A stretch of DNA of 63,600 nt, counting the filler, from Squatina squatina (taxonomy: Eukaryota), in NCBI GenBank assembly GCA_031763465.1. It is 4 parts of 4 records of this genome, joined end to end, with 100 filler letters (N's around TTAATTAATTAA, not from the genome) between each part and the next. Parts side by side here need not be neighbours in the genome. Positions count along the whole stretch, not along the records: positions 1 to 15,889 come from JARFOE010000013.1; 3 more parts are not named here. One strand, 5' to 3'. Below, piece after piece: positions 1 through 12,861 of the stretch. Position 1 is the first letter of the stretch. Each line of letters starts with the position of its first letter. The notes beneath the pieces are model-generated. The model saw nothing but the letters and a program-made list of their open reading frames with translations. It ran no database searches and was not told the DNA's origin. A program made the position numbers and the translations under genes.

Positions 1-3
1 AGT

Positions 4-70
4 CCTGTGAAGCAACTTGGGACATTTTATTACGCTAAGGCTGCTATATAAATGTAAGTTGTTGCTGTTG
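4..70 (+). mobile_element. L2 LINE 3' tail remnant
   Basis: cctgtgaagcaacttgggacattttattacgctaaggctgctatataaatgtaagttgttgctgttg; the same tail recurs at 14147-14213 and 25725-25795. Confidence 0.65.
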
Positions 71-680
71 TTTCTGTCTGCAGCCTCCTCTCACCTCAAT
101 ACCGCACCCACCCATAGGTCATCAGGATTGCTGGGTTTGGGCGAGGGTCGAACCTGGACTATGGTACTAATGCGCGGGAGTTAAAATGGCCCAGGTCTTG
201 CGTTGGCGAGTTGGAGCAGCCTGCTGCACGTGCTGCTGTCACCATGCTGAACTCTCACCCTGAGTTAAAATCAGCGCTTTAGAATCAGGACAAGTAAAAA
301 AAAGGAAGTGGGATGGATCNNNNNNNNNNATCAGCAGCAGCAAAGGGACTTTGTACGTGAGTTAAATATTGACAAGAAAAGCCTTAAGCTGCTGACTAAA
401 CAGGAACTCCATACAGTTACAGCACAAAGCAACGGATATTTTAAGGGTTAAGCCATCAAGTTAGGAATGTCTGTGTTGTATGAGGCAATATTATACTGAG
501 TATATCGAAGGAACACAGCAGGTAGTGAGCTTTGTACAAGAGATTAGAGCAGTCTTAGCTATTGCCATGCCAACTGCATTTCAATGCAGAGAGGCCTGTC
601 TACTTTCTGATGACAGAAGCTGTAACATTACACTTGGAATTTANNNNNNNNNNAAAAATCGCTAAGTTTCAAATTTTTAG

Positions 681-1208
681 TCATAGGAATCGGAGTAGGC
701 CATTCAGCCCCTCTAGCATTTTCCGTCATTCAATTAGATCAATGCTGGTCTGTACCACAACTCCATTTACCTGGCGTTGCTCTATATCCCCTGATGCCCT
801 TACATAACAAACATCTATCGATCTCAGTCTTGACAATTTCAATTGTCCCACCATCCACTGCCACCTGGGGGAGAGAGCTCCAGATATCCACTATCGTTTG
901 TGTGAACTTCCTGACTTCACCCCTGAATGGCCTAGCTCAAATTTTAAGATTGTTCGCCCTAATTCTGGATTCCCCACCAGAGGAAATAGTTTCTCTGTAT
1001 CTACCCTATTGAATCCCTCTATCATTTTAAATACATACCTTGATTAAATCACCCCTCAGCTTTCTAAGTTCAAGGAATTACAAGTCAAGTTTATACATAG
1101 AATGACATAGAATGTACAGCACAGAAACAGGCCATTCAGCCCAACTGGAACAAGCTAGCGTTTATGCTCCACATAAGCCTCCTCCCACCCCTTTTCTTCT
1201 AACCCTAT
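681..1208 (-). mobile_element. Decayed CR1 LINE 3' fragments (two adjacent pieces, about 681-1095 and 1096-1208)
   Basis: cataggaatcggagtaggccattcagccc and catagaatgtacagcacagaaacaggccattcagccc are reverse complements of CR1 3' tails. The body resembles the CR1 copy at 3825-4209. Confidence 0.7.
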
Positions 1209-1308
1209 NNNNNNNNNNNNNNNNNNNNNNNNNNNNNNNNNNNNNNNNNNNNNNNNNNNNNNNNNNNNNNNNNNNNNNNNNNNNNNNNNNNNNNNNNNNN
1301 NNNNNNNN

Positions 1309-1423
1309 GAAAAGTCAGCACAAGGGCTGCAGTTCAAGAAGACAGCTCATCACCACCTTCTCCAAGGGCAACTAGGGATGAGCAATAAATGACGCCCACA
1401 TTTCAGGAACAAATAAAAAAAAA
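1309..1423 (+). mobile_element. 3' end of a CR1-group LINE (ORF2 end plus 3' UTR and A tail)
   Basis: gggctgcagttcaagaagacagctcatcaccaccttctccaagggcaactagggatg...gacgcccacatt...aaataaaaaaaa; reads like a decayed GLQ-FKK-AHHHLL-GN* ORF2 terminus. Confidence 0.55.
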
Positions 1424-1836
1424 CCTCAGGACAGCTCAAAAAGCTTTACATCCGATGAAGAGCTTATTGAAGTATTATCACTGTTGTAATGTCAAAAGCA
1501 CAGCACCAATTTGCACACTGCAGTATCCCACAAACAGCAATGTGATAATATCCAGATAATGTGATGTTGGTTGAGGGATAAATAGTGGCCATGATACAAG
1601 AAGGACTACTCAGCTCTTCCTTAAATGTTCCATGAGATATTTTACATCTACCTGCAATGGTAGACAGATCCTCAGTTTAATGTCTCATCCGAAAGACTAC
1701 CTTTGACAGTGTAGCGCACCCTCAGTACTGCACTGAAATGTCAGCCTAGAATTTTGTGCTCAAGGCTCTGGAGTGGGGATTAAACCCACAACCTTCTGAC
1801 TCAGAAGTGAGAGTGCTACCAACTGAGCCAAGGCTG
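1424..1836 (-). mobile_element. Deu-domain tRNA-derived SINE (SacSINE1-like), near full length
   Basis: The reverse complement has a tRNA-like head (cagccttggctcagttggtagcac...ggttgtgggtttaatccc), the Deu core (tttcggatgagacattaaactgagg) and the same body as the other copies in this window. Confidence 0.85.
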
Positions 1837-2388
1837 TATTTGACGAACGACCACTTGGATGAGGTTAGTGGAGAGGCATTTGTGGAAACGTTGCAGACTA
1901 TGAGTCAGAATGTTCAGGCAAGGAAGGGACAAAACTCAAAGAAAAATAAAGCAAATGTTGGCCTCAGTGTTGGTCCAGAGTATTAGGTCATTTCCTCGTA
2001 ACCCAAAGAACAGTTCCACGCAGGGAGGTCGCAGGAGAGCGGACCAAGCTACACCAATCGCCAAGCGAAGCTAAGGAGAGTAAGCCACAGAAATCCCTCT
2101 GCAACGCTAATGTCAGCGAGCCAGCGGGAGAAACTGAATCAATGGGCGTTTAGAAGGTCAGGTTATCACCAAGTGGCACGACTGGAATTAGCTGAGATTT
2201 TCCAAATTGTTTCTGACAGGAGAGAGAGTTTAAAACCTTCCAAAGCTGCTTATTGCGGTGAAATAAATAAATAAATGCATGGTGTCCCCTGGTACAGTAG
2301 CTTTGTACCTGGCAGGCGTTTAACCCAGCCTTCCAAGCTTCAGTGTTCAGACAGCGCTCAAAAAGCAGTAACATGCACGCAGTTAGAG

Positions 2389-2538
2389 GTGTCAGCTTTG
2401 GCTCAGTGCTAGCACTCTGACTTCTAATCGTAAAGCTTGTGGGTTCAAGACACACTCCAGAGACTAGAGCCCACGATCTAGGCTAACACTCCTAGTGCAG
2501 TACTAAGGGAGTGCTGCAATGTCAGAGGTGCCGTCTTT
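2389..2538 (+). mobile_element. Deu-domain SINE, 5' head (cut by gap)
   Basis: gtgtcagctttggctcagtgctagcac...gggttcaagac...gtgcagtactaagggagtgctgcaatgtcagaggtgccgtcttt, with Pol III A/B-box-like motifs. Confidence 0.85.
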
Positions 2539-2638
2539 NNNNNNNNNNNNNNNNNNNNNNNNNNNNNNNNNNNNNNNNNNNNNNNNNNNNNNNNNNNNNN
2601 NNNNNNNNNNNNNNNNNNNNNNNNNNNNNNNNNNNNNN

Positions 2639-2853
2639 AGGTTAGAATGTGAAACTTGCTACCACATGGAGTAGTTGAGGCAAATAGCATAGATGCATTT
2701 AAGGGGAAGCTCGATAAGAACATGACAGAGAAAGAAATAGAAGAATATGCTAATAGGGTTAGATGAAGTAGGGAGGAAGGAGGCTCACGTGGAGCCTAAA
2801 CACCAGCTGGGCCGAATGGCCTGTTTCTGTACTATAATTTTTATGCAATTCTA
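2639..2853 (+). mobile_element. CR1 LINE 3' end
   Basis: VRM-NLLPHGVVEANSIDAFKGKLDKNM-like ORF2 terminus and the tail gggccgaatggcctgtttctgt. A reverse copy of the same family is at 29537-29713. Confidence 0.75.
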
Positions 2854-3552
2854 CGCAAAAAAATATTTGTGATGTGACTATCAAAAGGCATTGTCTTGGT
2901 ACTGTCCTTTTGATCAAAATGTGTCTTCAAAACACGTCAATCTTCTCTCAGAATCAAATGTTTCCAAGCAATAAATCGTTTGTTCCATATATTCATCTCA
3001 TAACAAGTGTGCTTATGGAATATTTTACAAACAGTCTTGTTCTCTGTCATTTTCTAAATGACAGGCAGCTGCAGCAGTAAATGTTTCTTGGCCCACCCCC
3101 CAGATCCAGCAGGTGCCTTGTCAAACCAGAGGAAGACAGCTGTGTAATTAAGCACAAATGAAGTGTGGANNNNNNNNNNNNNNNNNNNNNNNNNNNNNNN
3201 NNNNNNNNNNNNNNNNNNNNNNNNNNNNNNNNNNNNNNNNNNNNNNNNNNNNNNNNNNNNNNNNNNNNNAGGCACTGACCGAACAGCTTCAGCCCGAGGG
3301 TTAGATAAACACTGGAAGCTTCATATTAACCAGAGCGTTTCACGATCAAACATGCTGTTACCTCAGCGAAGAGTCACTTTTGATGTTTGTTTAATCGACA
3401 ATTGTATATTTATTTTAAGCGTAATGATTTTTTTTCAAGTTGCGTATGTATATTGAGCAACAGATATCTCATATCCTGCTGAGTGGGCCTAGAGGTCACT
3501 TGTTCCAAGTAGAAGGGAGACAAAAAAGAGAATCAAAGAGTTTTGTATGTGA

Positions 3553-4209
3553 GAACATGCAGGAGCGTGGAATGGGAAAAGGCCATTCTGGACTATTCCA
3601 TAAGAGGAACAGCCCCTCCAGCATATACCGCCATTCTATAGATTATGGCTGATCTGTACCTCAACCCCATTTATCCTCCTTTGCTCCATATCTCTTGATA
3701 CCCTTATTTAACAAAAAATTATCTATGTCATTCTTAAAAGCTCCAATTGGCCAAGCATCCACAGCCTTTTCGGGGAGTGAGTTCCAAATTCCACTACCTT
3801 TTGTGTGAAGAAATGCTTCCTGATGTAAGAACGTAAGAACATAACAAATGGGAGCAGGAGTAGGCCATACCTCGAGCTTGCTCTGCCATTCAATAAGATC
3901 ATGGCTGATCATTGACCTCAACTCCACTTTCCCGCCTGATCTCCTTTCATTCCCCTGGAGTCAAAAAATCTATCTATCTCAACCTTAAATATACTCAGAG
4001 ACTCAACATCCACAGCCCTCTGGGACAGAGAATTCCAACGATTCACAACCCTCTGAGTCAAGAAATTCCTCCTCATCTCAGTGTTAAATGGCCGACCCCT
4101 TATCCTGAGACTATGCCCCCTAGTTCTAGACGCTCCAGCCAGGGGAAACAACCTCTCAGCATCTACCCTGTCAATCCCCTTCAGAATCTTGTATGTTTCA
4201 ATGAGATCA
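3553..4209 (-). mobile_element. Two tandem CR1 LINE 3' ends (about 3553-3824 and 3825-4209)
   Basis: The minus frame gives DLIETYKILKGIDRVDAERLFPLAGASRTRGHSLRIRGRPFNTEMRRNFLTQRVVNRWNSLSQRAVDVESLSIFKVEIDRF, the canonical CR1 ORF2 C-terminus. An 8-bp tail repeat (taagaacgtaagaacataac) sits at 3826. The second copy reads GIWNSLPEKAVDA..AFKNDIDNFL. Confidence 0.9.
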
Positions 4210-4309
4210 NNNNNNNNNNNNNNNNNNNNNNNNNNNNNNNNNNNNNNNNNNNNNNNNNNNNNNNNNNNNNNNNNNNNNNNNNNNNNNNNNNNNNNNNNNN
4301 NNNNNNNNN

Positions 4310-4848
4310 ATGGTATTAGGTTGAGTGCGATATTAAAGGGTATGGAGAGTGAGGGGGAGTGTGGGATTAGACTGTGTGTGATATTAAAGGGTATGGAGCG
4401 TGAGGGGGAGAGTGGGATTAGATTGGGTGTGATATTAAAGCGTATGGAGCGTGAGGGGGAGAGTGGGATTAGAATGGGTGTGATAATAAAGGGTACGGGG
4501 AGTGAGGAGTAGAGTGGGATTAGATTGGGTGGGATTAGACTGGGTGGGATATTATTGGGTATGGGGAGTGAGTGGAGTGTGGGATTAGTCTGGGTGGGAT
4601 ATTCAAAGGGTATGGGGAGTGAGCGGGAGAGCGGGATTAGACTGAGTGGGATTAGACTGGGTGGTTTGTTATTGGGCACGGGGAGTGAGGGGAAAGTGGG
4701 ATTAGTCTGGGTGGGTTATTAAAGGGTATGGGGAGTGAGAGGGAGAGCGGGATTAGACTGGGTGGGATTAGACTGGATGGGATATTATTGGGTACGGGGA
4801 GTGAGTGGAGAGTGGGATTAGTCTGGGTGGGATAGTAAAGGGTATGGA
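4310..4848. repeat. G-rich minisatellite (about 51-bp unit with 15-bp GGGATTAGACTGGGT subunits)
   Basis: Repeated gagtgggattagactgggtgggatattaaagggtatggggagtgagg; 17-aa periodicity in the ORF track (GIRLxxILKGMExEGES). Confidence 0.9.
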
Positions 4849-5833
4849 GAAATGGCATGTTTCTGTGCTGGAATATACCATGATTCTAAGAAATAGTCAC
4901 ATTTACTTAGGGCCTTATTATGTCATCAAAACATCTCAAAGGACTTGGTGCAATGGATTCCTTTTGAAGTGCGTAAAATGTTATATTGGAAGAGGAGGGA
5001 ATCATTTAAAAAAAGGAACAAGAAAAATCAACAGCAAATTTGTCCACACACTGACTTTCATTCTGTGATTTTGTAGAAAATAAGAGGGAACTGGGGTGGG
5101 AAGGGGTAGAGAGATTCAGCACATTACTTTTCCACCTCTGGGACATTAAGGACTCAAACACTGCCCTCAGTTTAGGCACATTTGAGATAATTGGAGCAGG
5201 CCAGAATCTGAGGAACATGGTGAGGTCAGTGGGGGTATTAATGGGAGCTCGGGAATGCCGGTAGGGGATGTAATGGGACATGTTTCCGTACTTTGGGAGA
5301 CGGCTAGGCAGATTCCGTCATGCACCTCAGTCTGAGTCACACATTGCATTGCATTGCAACTGGTACTTAATCATCTTTTAAAAAAAAGTATATATATTTT
5401 CCATCCGGGCTGATTGTAATTCAGAGGAGTGGAGCATATCCAGTTCCTTGAAGGAAGCAGTGATGTTAAGGTCATGAGGGGGTTTCCACCTGTTTGGTTT
5501 TGGCTCAAAATCTAGTTTTTTGAGTGGTGTCTGGAAATTTTTTAAATGTAAACTGTACACCAAGAGGGCTAAATTTTTTTAAATAAAAGTCATTCTTCTC
5601 TTCAATTGTTTCCGTGTCTGGTGGTGTGGACATATTAATTTTTGAGGTTATTAAGGTTTCAATTAATTTTCATCAGCTGCACATTTTGGAGCAATGATCT
5701 CACCTCTCTCTGCCCCCTCCCCCTATCCTGTTCNNNNNNNNNNNNNNNNNNNNNNNNNNNNNNNNNNNNNNNNNNNNNNNNNNNNNNNNNNNNNNNNNNN
5801 NNNNNNNNNNNNNNNNNNNNNNNNNNNNNNNNN

Positions 5834-6036
5834 CTACCACAGGAAGCTGTTGAGGCCAGTTCATTAGCTATATTCAAAAGGGAGTTAGATGTGGCCCTTA
5901 CGGCTAAAGGTGGGTATGGAGAGAAAGCAGGTATGGGGTACTGAGTTGAATGATCAGCCATAATCATATTGAATAGCGGTGTAGGCTCGAAGGGCCGAAT
6001 GGCCTACTTCTGCACCTATTTTCTATGTTTCTATGT
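5834..6036 (+). mobile_element. CR1 LINE 3' end
   Basis: LPQEAVEASSLAIFKRELDVAL...GYGEKAG, followed by ggctcgaagggccgaatggcctac and a (TTTCTATG)n tail. Confidence 0.85.
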
Positions 6037-7049
6037 TTTGTGATTCCAACACCAATGTGACCTGAGGCGCTAGGGAAAGTACAAGCTGCAGATTAAGGCA
6101 TTGGGAAATATGGAGGGGGTTATTTTAGCCAAAGGGTGAAAACCGATGCTAAATGGGTGCAGTGATAATAGACACACAGGTTTAAAAGTCTGAACTGAGC
6201 ACATAATTTTGGTCCTAATTGCTGATTACCATGCTGATTAGCAGCAATGAACTTGAAATGGCGAATATCCCTTTATGTAGCACTTGAAATCAATATCAAC
6301 GCCATGTTTACTCCCAAACAGCTGGTCACTGTCAGGAGAGGACGTTAGTTGATGCACTAGCCACCAAAATGCCGTTCAACCTCTTTAATGTGAGCTAGCA
6401 GGAACTTTAAGTAGCAATCAGCTGTTTAATGAGCCTCTGGGTGGCCGTTCGTAGTGCTGGCTTCAACTCCTTTACTAAGTTGGTGCCTTGTGCTAAACTC
6501 GGGCTAAACCAGCATTGCTTAAGACCTCATCTTGACCATCTCGGAAGCTCTTTAATGCCTAGAGTATTCAGGGAAAAACAAACCCTTTGCATTTTGGCTT
6601 GAAAGATATCATCCATCAGCATAACTTTCTGCCACCTGCAAAAGTGATTGGGAGAGTACAATGGGGATAAAGTACCCAAATCCATTCGACAAAAGGAGGA
6701 TTGTTAATTCTGTGACCCATTGACCCGTTCACACTGCACCAGGTGTAGAAGTTTCAGTTCGTAGGATTCATGGCCATGCTTATGGAATTTGCTTTGCTGC
6801 TGTTAGCACAATTAAAGAGTGTTGATTGAGTTAACTGCTCTCATCCTGCTGGAATGGGCAGCCCTTGGGGAGGTTTTTAAAACGGGAGCCTCCCTCTCAC
6901 CAACTCTACAGCAGACTTCCTGATTTCTCTCCTTGTCTTTGGACTTGACATCATTTTGCCTGAAGTTTTATGCGTTTTATTTTTTCTTGCGGGAAGCTTA
7001 ATACTGTGATGGGATTTGCAAAAAAACTATTAAAAGAGGAAGGAAGTTC

Positions 7050-7290
7050 CCACACTGAGTCAGTGGGTGATGCATTACCCAGTGCAGTACTGAGCCACGC
7101 AGAGAAGAAGGTCTGAGGTTGATTCCTAGTTTGTGCAGTATGGACTGATTTCAGCAAGAACAGCAACTGAAATGCTACAGTTAGCAGGATACAGAGGGGC
7201 AAATCAACCAGGGTTACTCCCAATTGCTATCCAGTGACTCCTGCTGGAAAGTATGTTGGGCAAGGACAGGATCAGGCTTCACTGTGCTCT
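7050..7290 (+). mobile_element. Old SINE-like element of a second family (other copies at about 10471-10760 +, 22330-22525 -, 33340-33590 -)
   Basis: Shared blocks among the copies: ctgagccac-cag...aaggt-ccaggtt, gctacagtt-gc, aaatcaaccagg, atccagtgac-cctg, gaggacagg-tc. The head resembles a tRNA (ctcagtg...). Confidence 0.5.
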
Positions 7291-7670
7291 ATACTATTAC
7301 TAAAGTACAAGACAGCTAAGGTTATAGCACATAGTTCATGAAAACCTACAGAGGCCCCAATTGGACTGCACCCAAACAGGCCGCAGCATTGGGGACCCTC
7401 AGCTGGGACTGCGCCCCGCTAGCAACGGGGCACTGTGATGAGGCCTTGGCCTTTGATCAGGCTGCATCTCCTCCTCCCGGATCGGTTGGTGTCCTGGGAG
7501 TTGACCGGGGGTGTCTTGAACTCGCCATAGTCGAGTTCAAAGAACTGCTGATACACATCGCGGAGTAGGGNNNNNNNNNNNNNNNNNNNNNNNNNNNNNN
7601 NNNNNNNNNNNNNNNNNNNNNNNNNNNNNNNNNNNNNNNNNNNNNNNNNNNNNNNNNNNNNNNNNNNNNN

Positions 7671-7857
7671 ACTTCTGACTGAAGATGGTTGCAAACGCTT
7701 CAGCCTTGTCTTTTGCACTCACGTGCTGGGTTTCGCCGTCATTAAGGATGGGGATATTTATGGAGCCTCCTCCTCCTGTTAGTTGTTTAATTGTCCACCA
7801 CCATTCACGACTGCGTGTGGCAGGACTGCAGAGCTTAGATCTGATCCGTTGATTGTA
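7671..7857 (-). mobile_element. 5'-truncated CR1-group LINE ORF2 fragment (EN-RT linker region)
   Basis: Open minus frame YNQRIRSKLCSPATRSREWWWTIKQLTGGGGSINIPILNDGETQHVSAKDKAEAFATIFSQK. The W-x-x-I-K and KAE-F--.F motifs are typical of the LINE tether domain. It runs into a gap. Confidence 0.75.
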
Positions 7858-10800
7858 TTAAATTGTCCTTCGAGAACCAGTTTCTCGGAAAGATAGTCAA
7901 ATATCCATGGGAAAGAAGCTGCCTATTTTGTTGTGGTTCTCATTTGTATCATGTTTTTCAACAAATTTAGCATATTGCTCTTCACAAATGAGCCTTATGA
8001 TACAATTTTCCTTCCAACAGTCTCAAACTGTGCTGAATCTGATGATTGCAAGACTGGCTGTGGTTGAAGAAAAGATAGAATCATTACAGAATGATTCTAA
8101 CAGAAATATTACATTCCAAAATTTATGCTGATGGAGAGACCATGCTTTGAAGCTATCAGCGGACAACAGATGCCCAAGCTCAGAAGATTAACAAGCAATC
8201 TTTAGGGAAGTCCTTTCTTTCTTCTGCCATGTGGTGGTATGATGGCTTAGATTGGTGCAGAATCACAAACCTTAGCTCACGTTTGTCCAATATTGTGCAT
8301 TATACCAGCTGTTGAATTTAACTTTGACTCTTAGTCATATTATGTTTAAAAACCTGTGGTTAATCAATGTTACCCATTGTAAAATTGTATCATAAGCTAT
8401 CTTTTTAAATGTTGATATACATCTTGTATCTGTTTAATTAAAGCTTAAACAGAGGCAGTCTCTAGCCATTTCAACTTGATCCATAATTGTCTTTATTAAT
8501 TGCAGTTTCTTTTCTGTAAATGCATAGTCAAGTTAATATGAAAAAATAAAGCTGTTTGTATAGTTTTGATGCATGCATATTACTCTAATGATACACACTC
8601 TATAATATATTATTTTATGTCTTTGATTTCTCTCTCGTGTGGGTTACTTGTGTTGGAGTTGGAAATGATTGAGATGACTCAGCAACTTGAAGCAAACTTT
8701 GTATTCACAACTAGCAGGGTTCTCCAGCACTAGACTAAGGCCGGGTCTCAGCTGCTTAACTGTACATCGCACTGTACATTGACTAGCACTGCTCTGAGCT
8801 GCAAGATGGAACTCCAAGTTCAAGTGAACACAGGTGAGAAGAAAGAGAGAAGGGGGCGGGTTTACAAAGATCACATGATTATATACCCATACAATTGAGC
8901 TACCGTAGTTGGTACAACGCAAACTCAAAACATCAATCCTGATACGTACACTTCATGATTCCAGAAATTTTCTTGCTTGTCTGCTCTGATGATATGATAT
9001 AAGCGTCTGCTTTGACTTACTAAGCCATCTTCAGCCAGGCATTTCAAATGACGCTTCTGATCGGGATGCCTCAATTGCAATCAGGGCAGCCCTCAATCAG
9101 TGCAGCATCCTGCAGTGAGTAACATCCTCAAAAGAAGCTGTCTTGCCCCTGTCCTCTTATGATGTCATTTCTGAACTACTGTTGGCAAAAAAAAAATCAG
9201 CATTCATTTTCACTTTGTTTGTGAGCAGCAGATGGATACTCCCCCTACATACCCAGTGAGCTCGCTGTACATAAGCCAATCAGCACAGAGAGCCAGTGTG
9301 GAATCACATGAGGTGCGTTCTCTAAGGTGCTTGTGCATCATGCACACGATGCATTGTGGTCTCACCAAATAAAGTGGAGACTTTCCCTGTGTATTCCTGG
9401 GCACTTTGGTGTCAAACATGAAAGAATAACTGTTTCATTTAGTTCAGAGTTGATGGCTGATTTGCAATTTATAATTCAAACTGAATTTGAGGTAATCCTA
9501 CTTTGAATTAGTGATGCAGTGATGTTTAATTTTAGAGCATTGTTTCACTAATGGAGTGCCAGTACTTTAGCAATAAGAGCCCTGGTTTAACAACTTTTGC
9601 TTTCCACTGTAAGAATGCTCAAGTATGTTATTAGAGTTTGGTAATCATAGACCATGATGGTTTTGACAATAACTATCACAGGTGTAGCCCTCATATGGGT
9701 CATGACTTGCATTAAAAACCACTGCTTCAGCCCACCTCGGAAATATGGCATGGACCAGTTGGGCTGAAAGGTCTGTTTCTGCGCAGTAGATTTACGTAAT
9801 TCTATGTAGTTCAGTTATGGCTCCAATAACAAAGGAAACACCCATCATGATCACAGTACTTCAACAAGAAAGGTTAAACTGCCAGTCGGGAATTTTCATA
9901 CTGACAGGAAATATACATTCCCTGATAATTAACAGGATTAGTGATGTTCGGAGGTTATCAAAATGTTGTAATGGTTGCAAACAAGCAAATCATCCCATTT
10001 GGAACTCAAATTGTCATCTATCTAGGAGCCAACCACTATAGGACCCCTTGTGTTGCTGAAAGCGGTACAACTGTATGTGTACATCGTCATACTGATATTA
10101 CACTCAATAATGTAAAATTATTGAAAATATATATTAATCAGTATCACAATACCTCAATGCGGTAGCGCGATAAAGCTGTATCACAGTGCACCATGGAGCT
10201 ATATGATTGAAATCTATGCCCATGATCTTTCACAGCCCAATTTCCCCAATCTTGGCAATACTACATGGGTGCAGATAATGGGCTGCTTGGTACTTCCCAT
10301 GGAAAGAGGGGTAAAAATAGAAGGGCAAGTGACCCTCTCATGTAACTCCCAGTGGTCAGTTTCATAGCTACAACAGCAGAGATCTGGGAGAAGGCTATTT
10401 GTCCACACTCTCAGCCAGGTTGCAGTGGTGTATGGCAAAACCCAAATCGGATGTTAGTTAAAAAAATATTGCCTGATGGTTCAGTGAGCTAATCAATCCA
10501 GTATTAACTAAGCCACACAGATCGGAAAGGTTCCAGGTATGGTGCTCAGTTAGCTGCTCTCAGTGGGACCAACAGTGGAGGTGTTACAGTTGGCATCGAC
10601 GCCCTGGGCTGGAGAAAGGGAAAATAAAATCAGCAAGATTTCTTGTTTTTGATCTACATCCAGTGACCTCCTATTTAAAAGTGTGCTTGTGTGCTACAGT
10701 GAGGACAGGGGCAGATTCGTCTGTGTTGCCTCCTGCAGTTGCGCAGCCAGACAACATTTTAGGCTTACACACGTGAAGAAACAGCCACCTGGGCAAGACA

Positions 10801-12861
10801 CCGAGGGGGACTGCTGATGCCCCTGGAACTGTGCCTCAGGATGATTCATTGCCTTCAGGAGGGCAGGGGAGAAAACTGCAAAGAAAATGTGAGAAAGACC
10901 AATTGTAGGAGAATTGACACCAGCTGGCAACTCCCAGATGTCCCACAGCCTTTAATGCACGCTTCAAGCCTGGATCAGCAAATGATAGATTGTAACTTCC
11001 GCATAGACGGGACAGAGTTCCAGGTGATGACACCGGCTGGACATATGCCATCCTTTCACACTAGAGAATGGTAAAAAGAAGGCCAAAAGTCTTTCTCCAC
11101 TTTCATTTAGGCCGGAAGTGAGAAGGGAAACGAGATGATATGGTTGAACAATGGCATCCCAGCGCCAGTTGCTTCAAGTATTATTTCTGTCAGCTATTAG
11201 GCTTCACTTCATCTCCTTTTCTCCGTTCCTTATCTCTCCCTTCTTGCTCTATTCTTCACACGTTGCCAGGAGATAAACAAAAAAAGAAAAAAATTGNNNN
11301 NNNNNNNNNNNNNNNNNNNNNNNNNNNNNNNNNNNNNNNNNNNNNNNNNNNNNNNNNNNNNNNNNNNNNNNNNNNNNNNNNNNNNNNNNNNNNNNNNNNN
11401 NNNNNNNNNNNNNNNNNNNNNNNNNNNNNNNNNNNNNNNNNNNNNNNNNNNNNNNNNNNNNNNNNNNNNNNNNNNNNNNNNNNNNNNNNNNNNNNNNNNN
11501 NNNNNNNNNNNNNNNNNNNNNNNNNNNNNNNNNNNNNNNNNNNNNNNNNNNNNNNNNNNNNNNNNNNNNNNNNNNNNNNNNNNNNNNNNNNNNNNNNNNN
11601 NNNNNNNNNNNNNNNNNNNNNNNNNNNNNNNNNNNNNNNNNNNNNNNNNNNNNNNNNNNNNNNNNNNNNNNNNNNNNNNNNNNNNNNNNNNNNNNNNNNN
11701 NNNNNNNNNNNNNNNNNNNNNNNNNNNNNNNNNNNNNNNNNNNNNNNNNNNNNNNNNNNNNNNNNNNNNNNNNNNNNNNNNNNNNNNNNNNNNNNNNNNN
11801 NNNNNNNNNNNNNNNNNNNNNNNNNNNNNNNNNNNNNNNNNNNNNNNNNNNNNNNNNNNNNNNNNNNNNNNNNNNNNNNNNNNNNNNNNNNNNNNNNNNN
11901 NNNNNNNNNNNNNNNNNNNNNNNNNNNNNNNNNNNNNNNNNNNNNNNNNNNNNNNNNNNNNNNNNNNNNNNNNNNNNNNNNNNNNNNNNNNNNNNNNNNN
12001 NNNNNNNNNNNNNNNNNNNNNNNNNNNNNNNNNNNNNNNNNNNNNNNNNNNNNNNNNNNNNNNNNNNNNNNNNNNNNNNNNNNNNNNNNNNNNNNNNNNN
12101 NNNNNNNNNNNNNNNNNNNNNNNNNNNNNNNNNNNNNNNNNNNNNNNNNNNNNNNNNNNNNNNNNNNNNNNNNNNNNNNNNNNNNNNNNNNNNNNNNNNN
12201 NNNNNNNNNNNNNNNNNNNNNNNNNNNNNNNNNNNNNNNNNNNNNNNNNNNNNNNNNNNNNNNNNNNNNNNNNNNNNNNGCTTTAACTCAGCAATATTAC
12301 TCCGAGAGGTCATAAGGATAGAGAGTGTGGGAATTAGAAATGTCAAACTAGTAAGTCAGCAAGGCAGGTTAGTCTGAGATGAGGGGGGGGTGATGGCGGA
12401 GGGAATGGCGGGCGGAGACATGTTATCGGGGCAGCAGCGATGAAAATTCATGTTGATCCAGTAGCTCAGTTGGGTTGATGTCTACCAAGCAGAAGACCGC
12501 TGTGTTTTAGTACTGGAGTTGGAGCTTGTCACTGGAGCATGCTTGTCTGGCTTGGTTGGCTGAAATTCGTCAATTTTCAACAGGGCCACTATTTGGAAGG
12601 CTGAACTGAAGTCAGGCGTTCCACCTCCTGAGAAGAGAAATGAGAGGAAGAAAGAATGGCGAGGAAACTGACATCATCTGTCTAGCCCTGTTTAGATCAC
12701 AACTCCCACTGCCCAATCATAAAGCAGCATCATTGGTAGTCATGGCACTGACTATCCCAGTCTACTGGCTGGACAGAAATGTACTGTATTTGTATTTGCT
12801 GCTGTAATCATTGAAATCATACATCACTTACACAACACAAGCCTGTCTTTCTCCAGGGTTG

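Noticed and set aside
2389-2465. tRNA-like sequences (also 1770-1836, 20630-20699, 21840-21912, 45887-45930)
   Set aside because: They are SINE heads contiguous with SINE bodies and lack a proper cloverleaf; they are not tRNA genes.
3918-4679. 253-aa ORF with Pro/Ile/Leu-rich repeats fused to a CR1 C-terminus
   Set aside because: It is a chance read-through of a minisatellite, an N gap and a CR1 fragment, not a gene.
4310-4848. Tandem arrays (also 61893-62112) as CRISPR-like arrays
   Set aside because: There are no unique spacers between repeats, no cas genes, and the context is vertebrate. They are ordinary minisatellites.
11140-12346. Long ORFs of 200-410 aa in the track (also 22372-23626, 35059-35718, 39068-40000, 45902-46925, 48800-49768)
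   Set aside because: They consist almost entirely of X residues from N gaps and are not coding evidence.
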